A stretch of DNA of 63,920 nucleotides, counting the filler, from Octopus bimaculoides (lineage: Eukaryota): NCBI RefSeq assembly GCF_001194135.2. It is 8 parts of 7 records of this genome, joined end to end, with 100 filler letters (N's around TTAATTAATTAA, not from the genome) between each part and the next. Parts side by side here need not be neighbours in the genome. Positions count along the whole stretch, not along the records: positions 18,893 to 35,520 come from NC_068985.1; positions 35,621 to 41,434 come from NC_068991.1; 6 more parts are not named here. The stretch is one strand, 5' to 3'. The translations under genes were made by a program, and so were the position numbers. Shown in pieces: positions 26,418 to 38,663 of this stretch (positions are counted from its first letter, which is position 1; the number at the start of each line of letters is the position of its first letter). Under the pieces are notes generated by a model, which made no database searches, was not told where the DNA came from, and worked only from the letters and a program-made list of their open reading frames with translations.

Positions 26418-27149
26418 CAATAATACTTCACCTTACAAGGATCCACTTTATGAGACCCCGGATTTACAAGTTTCATTTTTCAAGCACAAGATTTAAATTT
26501 TGATAAAAGTGCAAAAGTTTCTACTGCTATAACAAATACTTCACCATGTTACCAAGAAATTTATAGAGAGCAGAAAAAAGCTTTTTCTAAGCAAACAACT
26601 CAAGACTTGTTTTTAAAAAAAAAATCTACGAGTCAGTCTATGAGAGCTTGTGAATTGGCGATCGCATCTACAAGTGATAGTGTGCATGAGTCATGGTAAC
26701 ATGCTTTACCATGTTACCAAGAAATTTACAGAGAGCGGAAAAAAGCTTTTTCTAAGCAAACAATTCTAGACTTGTTTTTTATAAAAAAATCTACCAGTCG
26801 ATCTATGAGAGCTTGTAAATTGGCGATCACATCTACAAGTAATAGCGTGTGGAAGTCTAGTGCAAGTGAAAATGATTCAGAAAATGATTAGAATAATATT
26901 TTTTTATTATAAATGATCCTGACATTCTTTTTACTTTACATAAAATATTCTTCACAGTCTATTGTTGTTTTATAGCCATTCATTTATGAGTATCATAAAT
27001 TTTATAAGTAAAATATTTTTCTGGGAATAAATTACGATTTATAACATTTATAACATTGCTACTATGGGAAATTATTGCTCTGCTTTATAAGTTTGCTCTT
27101 CATGAGCAGTCTCTGGGAACAAATTAACTCGTATATTGAGGCATTACTG
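26418..27149 (+). mobile_element. Tigger/pogo-derived non-autonomous element nested in a family D SINE
   Basis: TA flanks at 26416-17 and 27150-51, degenerate TIRs (caataatacttcaccttacaag / ctcgtatattgaggcattactg), and Tigger-like C-terminal CYQEIYREQKKAFSKQTTQDLF present twice. Confidence 0.75.
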
Positions 27150-27151
27150 TA

Positions 27152-27415
27152 CTTTTTTAAAGTCTGGTGCTTATTCTGTTGGTTCTCTTTTGCTGAATTG
27201 CTAAGTTAGAGGGATGTAAACACACCAACACAGGTTGTCAAGTGGTGGTGAGATACATACACATTTATGACAGGTTTCTTTCAATTTCCTTCTACCAAAT
27301 CCACTCACAAGGCTTTGGTGGCTCTGAGACTATAGTGGAAGACACTTGTTTAACGTGCCACACAGTGGACTCAACCCAGAACCATGTGGTCAGGAAGCAA
27401 ACTTCTTAACACAAT
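27152..27415 (-). mobile_element. SINE family D (other part at 26335-26415)
   Basis: The SINE sequence resumes in register after the TA duplication; ctaccaaatccactcacaaggctttgg core. Confidence 0.8.
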
Positions 27416-28145
27416 GAAAATGAAAAACAATGAAGACATTGTAAAATACCATGAATTAACTATAGAAGAATTTGAACTCAGAAAGTAAAAAGATATGTCC
27501 CTCTATAATTTCTATATCCATCCTGCTCTTCAATTCATTTTACATATTGCACCGTGATATATGGAAGATACTTAAAATATAATTTTCCTATTTTAATACA
27601 TAATAAATTAAAATCTGTTCTCAATTATTTAATTCAGCTAGAAATTATTACTGGCCAGTTTAAGTTACTCTTAATAAGATTGTAAAAATGATTATTTTGT
27701 CTTATTTTTCATCTATATTTGCATAAACAACATTCACATATACGTGCGTGCGTACAAATATCATTTTATCTTATTCATAAAACCATTTTCATTTATATTT
27801 TGCTTTATTACACACAGAAGGGTAAAATTCAACTGATTGGCAAAGGTTCACATACTCAGAAACTACAACCACTGGCATCCAGGTGCTATGTTTCTTCATT
27901 TCTCTTCTCCCACTACTACAACAGACTCCAAAATAACTAGTTACATATTTGCCACCAACCAGATTCATTTGACACAACTGCCTCTCTTTCCATGTCATCT
28001 CTCTTGTGTTTCACTAATCAGAACAGTAAATTTCTAAAATCATTTACCTACCCAAATATTTTTCTGTAGATGTTAACTTACATATCTACCTCACCAGACT
28101 AAGAAGGACTGCAAAGATCATAGGTCCTGCTTCCCCTCAAATATA

Positions 28146-28179
<34 letters not shown>

Positions 28180-28639
28180 ATGTGCAGAAGAGAAAGAGAG
28201 GAGAGAGAGAGAGTGTGTGTGTATACATGCGCATGTGTGTGTGTACACATGCGCATGTGTGTGTGTGTCTGTAGGCATGTGTGTGTGCATGTGTGTGAGT
28301 GCATGCATGCATGCACATAATTTAGAAACAATATTTTAAGTTTGTTTTACCAGGCCTGTCTTTTCTTGTTTTACAGCAGTGAGGGTTGTCATTGTATCTG
28401 GACTTGTTGATAACACTGAGTAATCAATTTATATGTTCTGAAAGTAAAAATATATAATAAAAATAAATAAATGTATTTTACTATTGTGAAATGAATATAT
28501 AGTTAAAATGTTTTATTGGTGCATATAATTTTAAAATTCAAATTCAGTTTACATATTTTATCAGCTGATACTAGAAGGAATAGTCAATTAGGACATTTGC
28601 TTAAAATAAGCAATAGCTCTTGCCATGATTATACTTAAT

Positions 28640-28860
28640 CTTTTATCTTTTACTTGTTTCAGTCATTGGATTGCAGCCATGCTGGGGCAACACCTTGCAG
28701 AACATTTTAGTTGAATGAATTGATCCCAGTACTTATTTTTTTGTTAGCCTGATACTTATTCTTTTTGCCAAACTGCTACTTTACAGGGATGTAAACAAAC
28801 CAACACTGGTTGTCAAGCAATGGTGGGGACAAACATAGGCACAAAGACACACACACACTT
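28640..28860 (-). mobile_element. SINE family D, 3' half
   Basis: tatcttttacttgtttcagtcattgga..ttgtcaagcaatggtgg..(CA)n. Confidence 0.8.
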
Positions 28861-28971
28861 ATACTCACACACAAGAAAGCCCATAAAAATGCAAAACAAA
28901 GTGGAAAAAATAGTACTCAGATACCAAAGGTAGAGTAATTCACTGTTATTAAAGCTGCAAAATATTCATAA

Positions 28972-29013
28972 AACTGTTTTTCAGAATTTCATGTTCCTAT
29001 TCATCAGGCAGTT
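28972..29013 (-). ncRNA. Decayed minimal hammerhead ribozyme motif
   Basis: Minus strand: AACTG C CTGATGA ATA GGAA CAT GAAA TTC T GAA A A A CAGTT. U16.1 is replaced by A. Confidence 0.6.
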
Positions 29014-29430
29014 GTTATGAATACTTAGTTAATATCATGATTGTATATGGAATAAAAGGTTATGTAATATAATTCAAATCAACGAATAAGCATTTAAATT
29101 TCATTGGGCGGCAGGTTTTCAAAATATAATGGTGTAATTTTCATTACAAGTTACTATACACATATAGAATCCTTTGTATCTCTGTCTGTTCCCAATGCAT
29201 TCCAAAACAGCTCAACAAAATCAAATCAAATTTTACATGGTAATACTACCACACCCCAAGACTGGCAACATATAATGTTTTTGGATTTGGATTAAAACAA
29301 TGCAACATTGGTAATTGTTCCGTGTTACGTCTCAAAACTCGAAGAAAAGTGAAACCTTTAAGGGTTTAAGAGTTATAAATAGTTTCACTATGCATGTATG
29401 CATATGAATATACATATATGTATATCTTTG

Positions 29431-29491
<61 letters not shown>

Positions 29492-29498
29492 ATATGTA

Positions 29499-29537
<39 letters not shown>

Positions 29538-29789
29538 TATTACAAATAAAAGGGTAAAGGAATATCAATTTATTAATTTATTAATAAATTAACAATTAAT
29601 AATTTTTACCAAGCCCTTCGGTATGTAAACATGCTATCTGTTGGAGTTTCAGCACTTTAACTGCTATTTCTGAACTTCGGTATGTGGTGAAGCAACTGTT
29701 GCTGATCCCTTAATTATGTATATATATATGTATATATATGTATGTGTATATATGTGTGTGTATGTATATATGCATATATATTTGTATAT

Positions 29790-30450
29790 TATATGATTAA
29801 ATGCCACGCATCAATTTCCAGGTAAGTTGTATCATAATAATTTCGATGTGATACTTTCTATCTCTTTCTTTTACTCTTTCCCTCTCCTCTTTCGTTTCCT
29901 CTCTCTTCCTTTCTCTAATTCGTTTTATCTCCCCTTCTCCCACTTTCGTTTTTTTCTCTCATCCCTTCCCTAATTCTTTTCCTCCCCACTTCACCTGTCT
30001 GCCCTCTCTCTTCCACCTTTGCTCTCTTGATTGCTCACACGTGACCGTTGGCCATCTTTCTTTTCCTAACTTGAATTTCTTTCTTTGTGATCAGCTGCAA
30101 GGATAAGACAGATTCTTGTCAGAGCTTGTTCCTCCATGTTCACCAACTCGCCTCATTCAGGCTTACCTGCCCCTCCTGTTTGTTTTCACCGTCCTGTTTT
30201 TGTTACCAACTTTGACCCTCCGCAAAATCCCAAATTTTATTTAATTTGCCTTGCGGGAGCAACTGTTTTGTCGAATACGAACCTTGTCATGAATTGCTCA
30301 AAAATACGAAGTAGAAAAACAGCCGACAACTGATGAAGGGTCGTTTTTTTTATGTTGCTTGTCTTGTTTTCCATTTGTTTCTTTTGTTGTTCGCAATAAA
30401 AGTTCGTATTCCATGTTTTCATATTTCGTATTTCATGTTTACGTTCTGTA
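29790..30450 (+). repeat. Repeat related to 32665-33269; putative PLE terminal repeat
   Basis: Both copies share the order atgat..gccacgca..GTAAGT, CT-rich tract, ccgcaaaa..ccaaattt, gacaaCTGA(T/A)GAaggg..tatgttgcttgtc. This copy also has AATAAA near 30395. Confidence 0.55.
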
Positions 30451-30506
30451 GTGTGCTATGCCCATATATGCATGTGTATATACATATGTACGTATATATG
30501 CATGTA

Positions 30507-30552
<46 letters not shown>

Positions 30553-30636
30553 GTGTGTGTGTATATGTATGTATATATATATATATATGTGTGTGTGTGT
30601 CTATATATCTATGTATGTGTATATATATGTGTGTGC

Positions 30637-30690
<54 letters not shown>

Positions 30691-30699
30691 TAAATAAGA

Positions 30700-31725
30700 G
30701 TTTTGACGCTAATATCCACTTATATTAAAGTTTATTACCTATGTCAACATTTCTTTATAAGGTCAAATTCAACTCTCAATTCAAGTTAAATAAGTAAATT
30801 ATCTTACACATCCTCAGGGTAAAAAGTAAGCAGTAAACATCAAAAAATTTATAATCTCTAAGTCTGATTCATATTCAAATTCCTCCTTAAATAAAAGTCC
30901 GTCTAAGGGACAAAACCCTCATAATATTATTAATTATAAACAATTAAGTATTACAAATTATTGATTTCTGGTAATACATTCCAAACTAATGGAAATCTAT
31001 ATTATATTATCTCTAGAAACTTTAGAAAATAAATACAAATATACAATTTTATTATTAGTGATAAATTATCCTGTCTTTTAAACCTAATGTTATACTATAA
31101 TACCCAATCATACTGAAATTTATAATTTATTTAAACTAGAAAAACGTATGTCTAAGAAAATGGCTACATCTGAAAGCATTGTATGTGAGTTTATTTATTC
31201 ACTTACCCTTAGAGAATAATATAAAAAATAATTCTAGATTACACAGCGAGCAATATCTCTTACCTTTGTCATAAGGGAAATATTTTCCAATAATTGACCA
31301 TTCTAACGAATATTGCTTTTTTTGTTCCTTCAGTTCCTAAATGAATTTACTAAGACTAGTACTCGCTATTTTACTTCTATCTCTAAAAGTATTATAATGG
31401 TTCGATATTCGTTTACAAATTTGTCCCGAAGAACAACCCACATATATGCTAACATCTGTTTGAGTCGTTACCTTACATTGATAAACTATATTCTTCGATC
31501 TCACATTTGGGCCTTCAAACTTCAATCTTCTGGGGTTAACCTCTGTTACTGTAATCATAGTACGATTATTATTATTATTATTATTTATATCAGGGTTCTC
31601 ATCATTATCCTCCCCAATTCCCTTTGATTTAAGTATTTTAAAATTATGAGCTGCAATTATTTGGGCTAAGTTCTTAGTGTTTGAGAAACCAAACCTAATG
31701 CTATGTGTATAGGCTATCACTGTGA
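30700..31725 (-). mobile_element. Penelope-like element, GIY-YIG endonuclease region
   Basis: NIVYQCKVT..IYVGCSSGQICKRISNHYNTF..STSLSKFI, then WSIIGKY..YCSLCNLE. Confidence 0.85.
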
Positions 31726-31729
31726 TCTC

Positions 31730-32520
31730 ACTTTACTTGCCAGGTCTTCTCAAGCACAGCATATCTCCAGAGGTCTTGGTCTCTTGTCATTGCCTCTGTG
31801 AGGCCCAACGTTGGAAGGTCATGCGTCACCACCTCATCCCATGTCTTCCTGGGTCTCCATCTTCTACAGGTTCCTTCCACTGTTAGGGAGTGACACTTCT
31901 TCACACAACTCTCCCAACCCCACTTCTGGCTATCTGGTACAGTTCCTTGCTACCCCCACTCTTCCAGGTTTTCCAGGCCTATTTCTTTGCTCTAATGGCC
32001 TTGTCTACCATATTATTCTACCACCATGTTACCCTAGGTCTGGAAGGGACTTTGCACCAGCTTCAGATTTGGTCTGTGGTGCCCAGTAAGCTGTCACGTA
32101 GGAATTTCCAGTTACCATCTATGTCCGATGTCTGTAGCTCCTCCTCCCTCTTATCAAATTTCTCATTTAGGATGTCCCTAAATCTTTGACCATGTGAAGT
32201 GTTTTTTAGCTTCCAAATCCTTCTTTTCTAAATTGGTTGGCTTCTTGGCATCCTTCTGGCCTGGAGTCTAAAGTCAATAATGACTAGTCTATGCTGGGGG
32301 ATACATTCTTCACCAGATTGGGTCTTTGTATTTCAGTCTGGTGAGGTTGAAATCAATCTGGTTAGCAGAGTTGCTTTATTGATAGGTTATCAGTTGCTGA
32401 TTAATAGGTTGCATGCATCACAGAACTCCAGGAGCCTAGTTCCCTCTTTGTTTCAGGAATCAATTTTATGGCCCCCATGAACACCATGGAAGATACCAGG
32501 TTGCCGTCTGACATGCCCAT
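31730..32520 (-). mobile_element. RTE LINE fragment with large internal deletion
   Basis: The RPRKTWDEVV-type C-terminus (shared with 60132-60606) is joined to an APE-like LITY..QIDF segment. Confidence 0.7.
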
Positions 32521-32664
32521 TGTCATGTATATAAGATATACATGTATATATATATATATATACACATATATATATTCTCATTGTGTTTAACGGTTTTTGT
32601 GATGTCCTGTACCCATATATGCATATATGTATACATATATATATTTATATATTCTTTATGTTAT

Positions 32665-33269
32665 TATATGATCGAACGCCACGCACTGTCTCCAAGTAAG
32701 TTTTATCTTAATAATTTCTGCGCACTCTACTATTACTATCACGTCCCTGTCTATCTCTCACCATCTCTTGTTCTTCATCCTTTCTGTTTTTCTCTCCCAA
32801 TCCTCCCCTATTCTTCTCTTCCTTTCACTGTTACCTCTCTCTCACTCCTCCTCCTTGACCCTCTCGTCGCTGACATGTGACGAAAATGATTATTTCTTTC
32901 TACTTCCTGTCTTCCTATAGAGAAGATGCGAATTTTTTTGTCTCTCATTCACATCTAACTTCGCATTCAAAATAATAATTTTTCTATCATCTTGGCCTTA
33001 CCATTTCTTCTCACTGTCCTGTTCTTGTTTACACTTTCACCCACCGCAAAAAATTCCAAATTTAATTAATTTGTTTTTGCAGGAAGGACTGTTCCAATGA
33101 AGTTGCATATTGTCCTTGCCTTTGAAACGCGGAGTAGATGGAACAGGGACAACTGAAGAAGGGAAATATTCTTTATGTTGCTTGTCTCGTTTCTCTGTTT
33201 GTTTTTTCGTTGTTCGAAGAAAAGTTTGTTTTCTGTCTTTGTCTTTATGTTTTCGTTTCTCATTGTGTT
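32665..33269 (+). repeat. Second copy of the putative PLE terminal repeat
   Basis: Collinear motifs with 29790-30450. Confidence 0.55.
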
Positions 33270-33370
33270 NNNNNNNNNNNNNNNNNNNNNNNNNNNNNNN
33301 NNNNNNNNNNNNNNNNNNNNNNNNNNNNNNNNNNNNNNNNNNNNNNNNNNNNNNNNNNNNNNNNNNNNNA

Positions 33371-33458
33371 GGGTTAGGGTCAGGGTTAGGGTTAGGGTTA
33401 GGGTCAGGGTTACGGTCAGAGTTAGGATTAGGGTTAGGGTTTGAGTTAGGGTTAGGTT
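33371..33458 (+). repeat. Interstitial telomere-like (TTAGGG)n with variant units
   Basis: About 14 units of gggtta, gggtca, gagtta and ggatta, running into an N gap on the left. Confidence 0.85.
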
Positions 33459-34574
33459 TACCCTGTGGATCTATATAAAAACCGGGTGGGGGGGGATCGA
33501 AATTTTGAAATTGAGATTTTTGAAAATTTTCTTCCAGAACCGGATTCTCCATGGTCTGAAACATAGGATTCCGTAAAAAAAACAAAATTTAAAAGGGGGG
33601 GTATACCCAGATTACATATACTCCATGTGTGCCAAAAATAGAACTTATGTTGAGTCAGTCTCAATAAGTATAGATTTATTCATCAGAGAAAGTCACATAG
33701 TGACTGAAGGTTCGAGAGTTTCGTGCAGAGGCACTTATCAAACTAATTAAATCAACGTTTTCTATATAAAACGAAAAAGCAGGACACTATCGGAAACAGA
33801 TATGACGCAGATACTATTTTATATATAGGCAAGAAGACTTTTGATTAATAATATGACAGAATTAAGGCAAGATAAAAAAATGAAAGTCGTCTATATGTAT
33901 AAGGCATTCTGCCTAAACTACGTCTTTAAGATATGATTTGTTAGTAGTAACGCTAAAAGGAAACTATTTCCTAAGGAACTCAAGAGAAGGATAAAAAGAG
34001 CAGATAGAGAGGAATAAAGACAAAAAAGACTAAAGTTGGAGTTGAAAATAAAGGCACTTACCCAGGCAGTGGTCAAGCAAATAATGGTCGTTTTGTATTG
34101 AAAGAATTCTGAAGGGGCTTTATTTTTAGACTGGGGTCAAACAGTCGAATCTATTCAATCATGTTTTAAGTCTTTAGCAACATCAATTACAAAGGACTTG
34201 GGAGTGGTACTAAAAGATGGAGAGAAGTATTGACAGGCAGAAACTGGGTGAGAGCTGTCTTCAATAATTCAAGTAATGCTGGTTTTGTTGCTGCTACTGT
34301 TGTTATTGTCACTTACTTTTTTGTATTTTGATGCTACTTGCCTTCAGAACTCCCTAGGGCATTTTATGCTAGCTTCATCACTTTTATTTATTTATATATT
34401 TATTTTTTTCTTTGTTTTGAAATGAGATCGAACTTCAGCATTTTATACAGATACATTTTAGACACTTTTTTCTGCAACTGGTAAGATTATGTAGGGGGTG
34501 CAAATTTTGATCTCGCACCCCCTAAAAATTCTAGGGGGTGCGGGTGCACCCGCTGCACCCCCTGTTCCCGGGCC

Positions 34575-34760
34575 CTTGGTCCTCAGCAGTCATGGCCCAT
34601 GTTTCACAGCTGTGTATCTTGGCTGTTGAGACACATGCGTCATACAGTCTAACCTTTACTCTGAGTGAGAAGCCCTTTGTCACCAGCAGAGTTAGGAGCT
34701 GTCTGGACTTTGCTCAGGTTATTCTTATTCTAGCACCTACACTCTCAGAGTATCCACCCT
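34575..34760 (-). mobile_element. RTE LINE fragment
   Basis: Aligns by eye with 60440-60606 (catgcgtcataca..cctttgtcaccagcagag..ttcttattctagc). Confidence 0.8.
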
Positions 34761-35908
34761 AGCTACAAACTAGGTAACAAAAGCTATCACCTAATACAAT
34801 AAAGTTCAAAAGTTCAATAAAAATCAAATAAAACATTTTTCTGTTAATCCTCTTCATCTGGGCCTCCAAGCAGGATCCCTGCTGCTTCCAGGAACTCCCG
34901 CCATGGTTGGCCCAGAATACGTGTTTCAAATTCAATGTTCAAATAGTTCAATAAAAACCATTAAATATACATGAAAAAAGACCCCAATCATTTGGATCCC
35001 CAAGCAAGTTGACTCGCTGCCCACAGACAACTCTGCAGCGACAAGTCAGGGCCCATAAAAAAGGAATGCAAACTCTTTTTTGTCAAGGGTCTCCATGACC
35101 CTTGATAACACTGAATGCTGTACTAGCTCCACAGCCACCTGCGGAGGCCACAATGGACTGAGTGTGCACTCCGCGAACATAATTTCTCGGTCGCACTGGT
35201 CATCCAACAATTCTCTTACAGGCCCCTCCATGCGATAAAGGAGGACAAACTCCTCCCCCTCATGGGCAGGAGCCTCAAGCTGCTCCGTCAGTGGCACACT
35301 TCCCACCAACGGAGCCTCATTCACAGGTGCCGTCAGCGGCATAGAAGCATCCGCCGACACCCCCTCCTCCTCCTTTTCCTCTTTTTTTTTGAGGATTCAG
35401 GGGGCAGCATCGGCATACGTGGAGGATCGCTGTCCTCCTCTGCCTCCTGTGCCGCCTGTACATTATCTGGTGAGCAACCATTGTTGCTCACCTTCCTTTT
35501 TCTTTTCGTGGAGGATGTTGNNNNNNNNNNNNNNNNNNNNNNNNNNNNNNNNNNNNNNNNNNNNTTAATTAATTAANNNNNNNNNNNNNNNNNNNNNNNN
35601 NNNNNNNNNNNNNNNNNNNNCTGCGAAGATTTACCTTATCTCTGGAATAGCTCTTAGAAATGGTGTTATATATTATTCACTTTACTAGCGTTTGCACTGT
35701 TATGAAAATTGGTTCCGCCTGAGTTTATATATACTATAATAACTCTACGATGTTCTCTATTTGTTCGGGAAATGAGTAGCCTACCTCTAACTACATCGGT
35801 GTCTTTCTCAGAACACGGAGAGAAAAAACGTGAACATTAAACAGTTTGTATACTTTCTTTTAGCAAGCTAAACTGTTTTCTGTAATACAAACTGCTTACA
35901 TACACGCA

Positions 35909-35943
<35 letters not shown>

Positions 35944-36949
35944 GTGCATGCATCCGTGTTTGTGTGTGCATGTACATATATATCTATGTAATGCATATAC
36001 GGAGAGAGAGGAAGAGAGAAAGAGAGCTAGATTACCATTACAGCGTGGATTATATTTAAATATAAATACATACAAAATCATATTCATATGTTTAATAAAT
36101 ATATATTTGGTGCTGCTACTGAAGTAGATACCGGTAGCAATGAAGATATGTTCATTAAACTATTAGATATGACTCATATACGTATTTATACATAACATAA
36201 TCTCTGTTAGTCAGTAGAGTTATTTTTACGTGGTCGACAGCTTTGTATATTATGTAAATTAAGTCTGCTCACTGTTTTGTTTATATTTTCTATACGCAAC
36301 TCTAAGCTTCCTCTTTGAAGAAATCCTGCTAGAAATCAAGCTTCTGGCAACGATAATGCAATCTTCATTAGATATGAATGCAGCGAGTCTTGTCCTATTT
36401 CTATTTTGATTTTCTGTATCAGCAAAGCTCAGCCTTTTCTCTCTTTTTAAACTCTTCCCTAGTTCCAGTCTCCATTGGGAGCGATTACTAGTAATGTCAT
36501 TCCCTGCACCCCAAGTAAATAGACTTCATGTCTTTCTTGCAGACACTTTTGAAACGATGACGTGGTTGCCTTTGTGTTCCCCATAGAAAGATATTTCAAG
36601 ATTCTCCCATTTGATATGCGTTGTACATGGCTTAGACAACAGAGGCATGGTAGTTGAATGAGAAGGGGGAGACTGGATGCGAGCTAGAACATCATTCGTA
36701 TTGACTCGTGTTAAGCTGCATAGGTGAAAGGCGTTGAGAAGCCGCTCATTTTGTAGCAGATGCTCAAATACTAAATGCCGAGTAGTAATGTGCTGAGGAT
36801 CGTAAGCTCTTTAGACTGCTAATTTCCTGTACACTATTAGCTTAATGTTTTCTAATGACTCGTTGTTAGCTTTGCTGGTGCTGAGGCCACTCGCCTAATG
36901 CCTCTGCTGATCTTAGATTCTAATGAGATGTTATCTATAATGGTAAAGA

Positions 36950-37750
36950 CGAAGAATGTGAACACATGGACTACAAGCTTGCAGTTGTTGATGGTAATGT
37001 TAGGACAGAACACAACACCATGGCCCAACACTTTCATCTTTTGCAGACTGGTGGCCTAAGTTTTGACAGGCTCTCCGTAGACTCTCCATGAGGTGTTGCC
37101 GTTGCTCCTCTGGGTGTGTTGCCAGTACCGCATCATCTGCAAACCGCATGTCTCTGACGAGTGTTTCGTGTAATTTGGTTTTTACTTCAGTCATGACAGA
37201 CTGAGCATTTCCTGCCTGATTATGTGTGAAGATAAACACCATCAGTTGATGTTCCCATAGTATGCTTCAGTATAACTACGAAGAAGATGCCAGGCTCTCA
37301 ACTCACAAGATCGAAGGCCATCGATGTCAACAAAAGCGATATATTCGCTGACTTTACTTTCTAAATTTTCTTATAATTGTCGCAGGAAGATCCTATCAAC
37401 TGTAAAGCGTTCTAGCTTGAAGTTCCACTGAGACTCAGGGCACACCCTATTCCCAGTCTGTTACTGGCAACATGAACAAAGATCTTACCAACGATACTCA
37501 GCGAAATGATCCTCTGTAGCTGTTGCAGTCACTTTTAATATCCTTTCTTTTTGTACAGGATAACAATATTGCAGTCTCCTTTTTATATTACAGTAGAGGC
37601 ACAGTAGTTTGCGTGGATTGTGCAACAATATCTCCGTTGCAAACTTGATAGCCTCTAGTGGTATAGCATCCATTTCGACACCTTGAGAGGGAGTAAACAG
37701 TCAATAGCTTAACTCAGCCCTTCATTTACCAATACATCTAGTTCCCTGCT
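36950..37750 (-). mobile_element. Degraded RTE (BovB-like) RT fragment
   Basis: IFLRQL, YIAFVDI..AFD and LVRDMRFADDAVLATH motifs. Confidence 0.8.
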
Positions 37751-37945
37751 CATCCCATGGCTTCTAGCGTACTGTCCGAGATGGTTTTTCTGTGGAGAAG
37801 AGTCCAGAGTAATGCCTAATCCATCTTTACATCTGCTTCTCTTTGTATTGTTCTCAATGCTTAATTACATTTTTTCTGTTACACTCGAAGATCGTCGGGC
37901 AAATTCGAAGCAAAATGTTTCGCTCTTGAAGCGATATCAGCAGCA

Positions 37946-37978
<33 letters not shown>

Positions 37979-37979
<1 letters not shown>

Positions 37980-38193
37980 GTTTCAAATTTTCTCAAAAGA
38001 GCAGCAGTTTTGAGGGAGGAGATGAGTCGATTACATCGACCCCAGTGTTCAAGTTATACTTATTTTATCGACTCCCGAAAGAATGAAAGGTAACGTCGAC
38101 CTCGGTGGAATTTGAACTTAGAACGTAGCGACAGGCGAAATACCGCTAAGCATTTCGTCCGGCGCGCTAACGACTCTGCCAGCTTACTGTCTT
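37979..38193 (-). mobile_element. SINE family A, CpG-retaining copy
   Basis: gaatgaaaggtaacgtcgacctcggtggaatttgaac..catttcgtccggcgcgctaacgactctgccagc, flanked by (AAT)n. Confidence 0.88.
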
Positions 38194-38222
38194 GAATAGT
38201 AATAGTAATAATAATAATAATA

Positions 38223-38289
<67 letters not shown>

Positions 38290-38567
38290 TGCCCTGATGC
38301 AGAACCACGCAATGGCTCTCATGGCTTCTGATATTAACTGATTGGAAGTGTTATGTAGATGGGTCACAGCAAATATTCTGCTCAATACCACAGATTTGCT
38401 TGTCAGTTGTTTGACCTTAACCAGTTGAACATGTCCCTTGGTGGCTGACGATATGTGCATCTCTGATCACAAGCAGAAGTAGTGCCTGGTGTACCCTTAT
38501 GAGATGGGTAGTCATGATGGGTATATTGGGCTTAGTGTCACTTTGCTGGCATGCAGTGCTCGCTTAC

Positions 38568-38603
<36 letters not shown>

Positions 38604-38605
38604 GT

Positions 38606-38663
<58 letters not shown>

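Noticed and set aside
30890-30930. Possible hammerhead remnant (TATGA-GGG..CCC-TTAGAC) downstream of a PLE ORF
   Set aside because: Both core strands are too degenerate to support the call.
36543-36650. Strong splice acceptor tctttcttgcAG
   Set aside because: All three downstream frames stop within about 45 nt.
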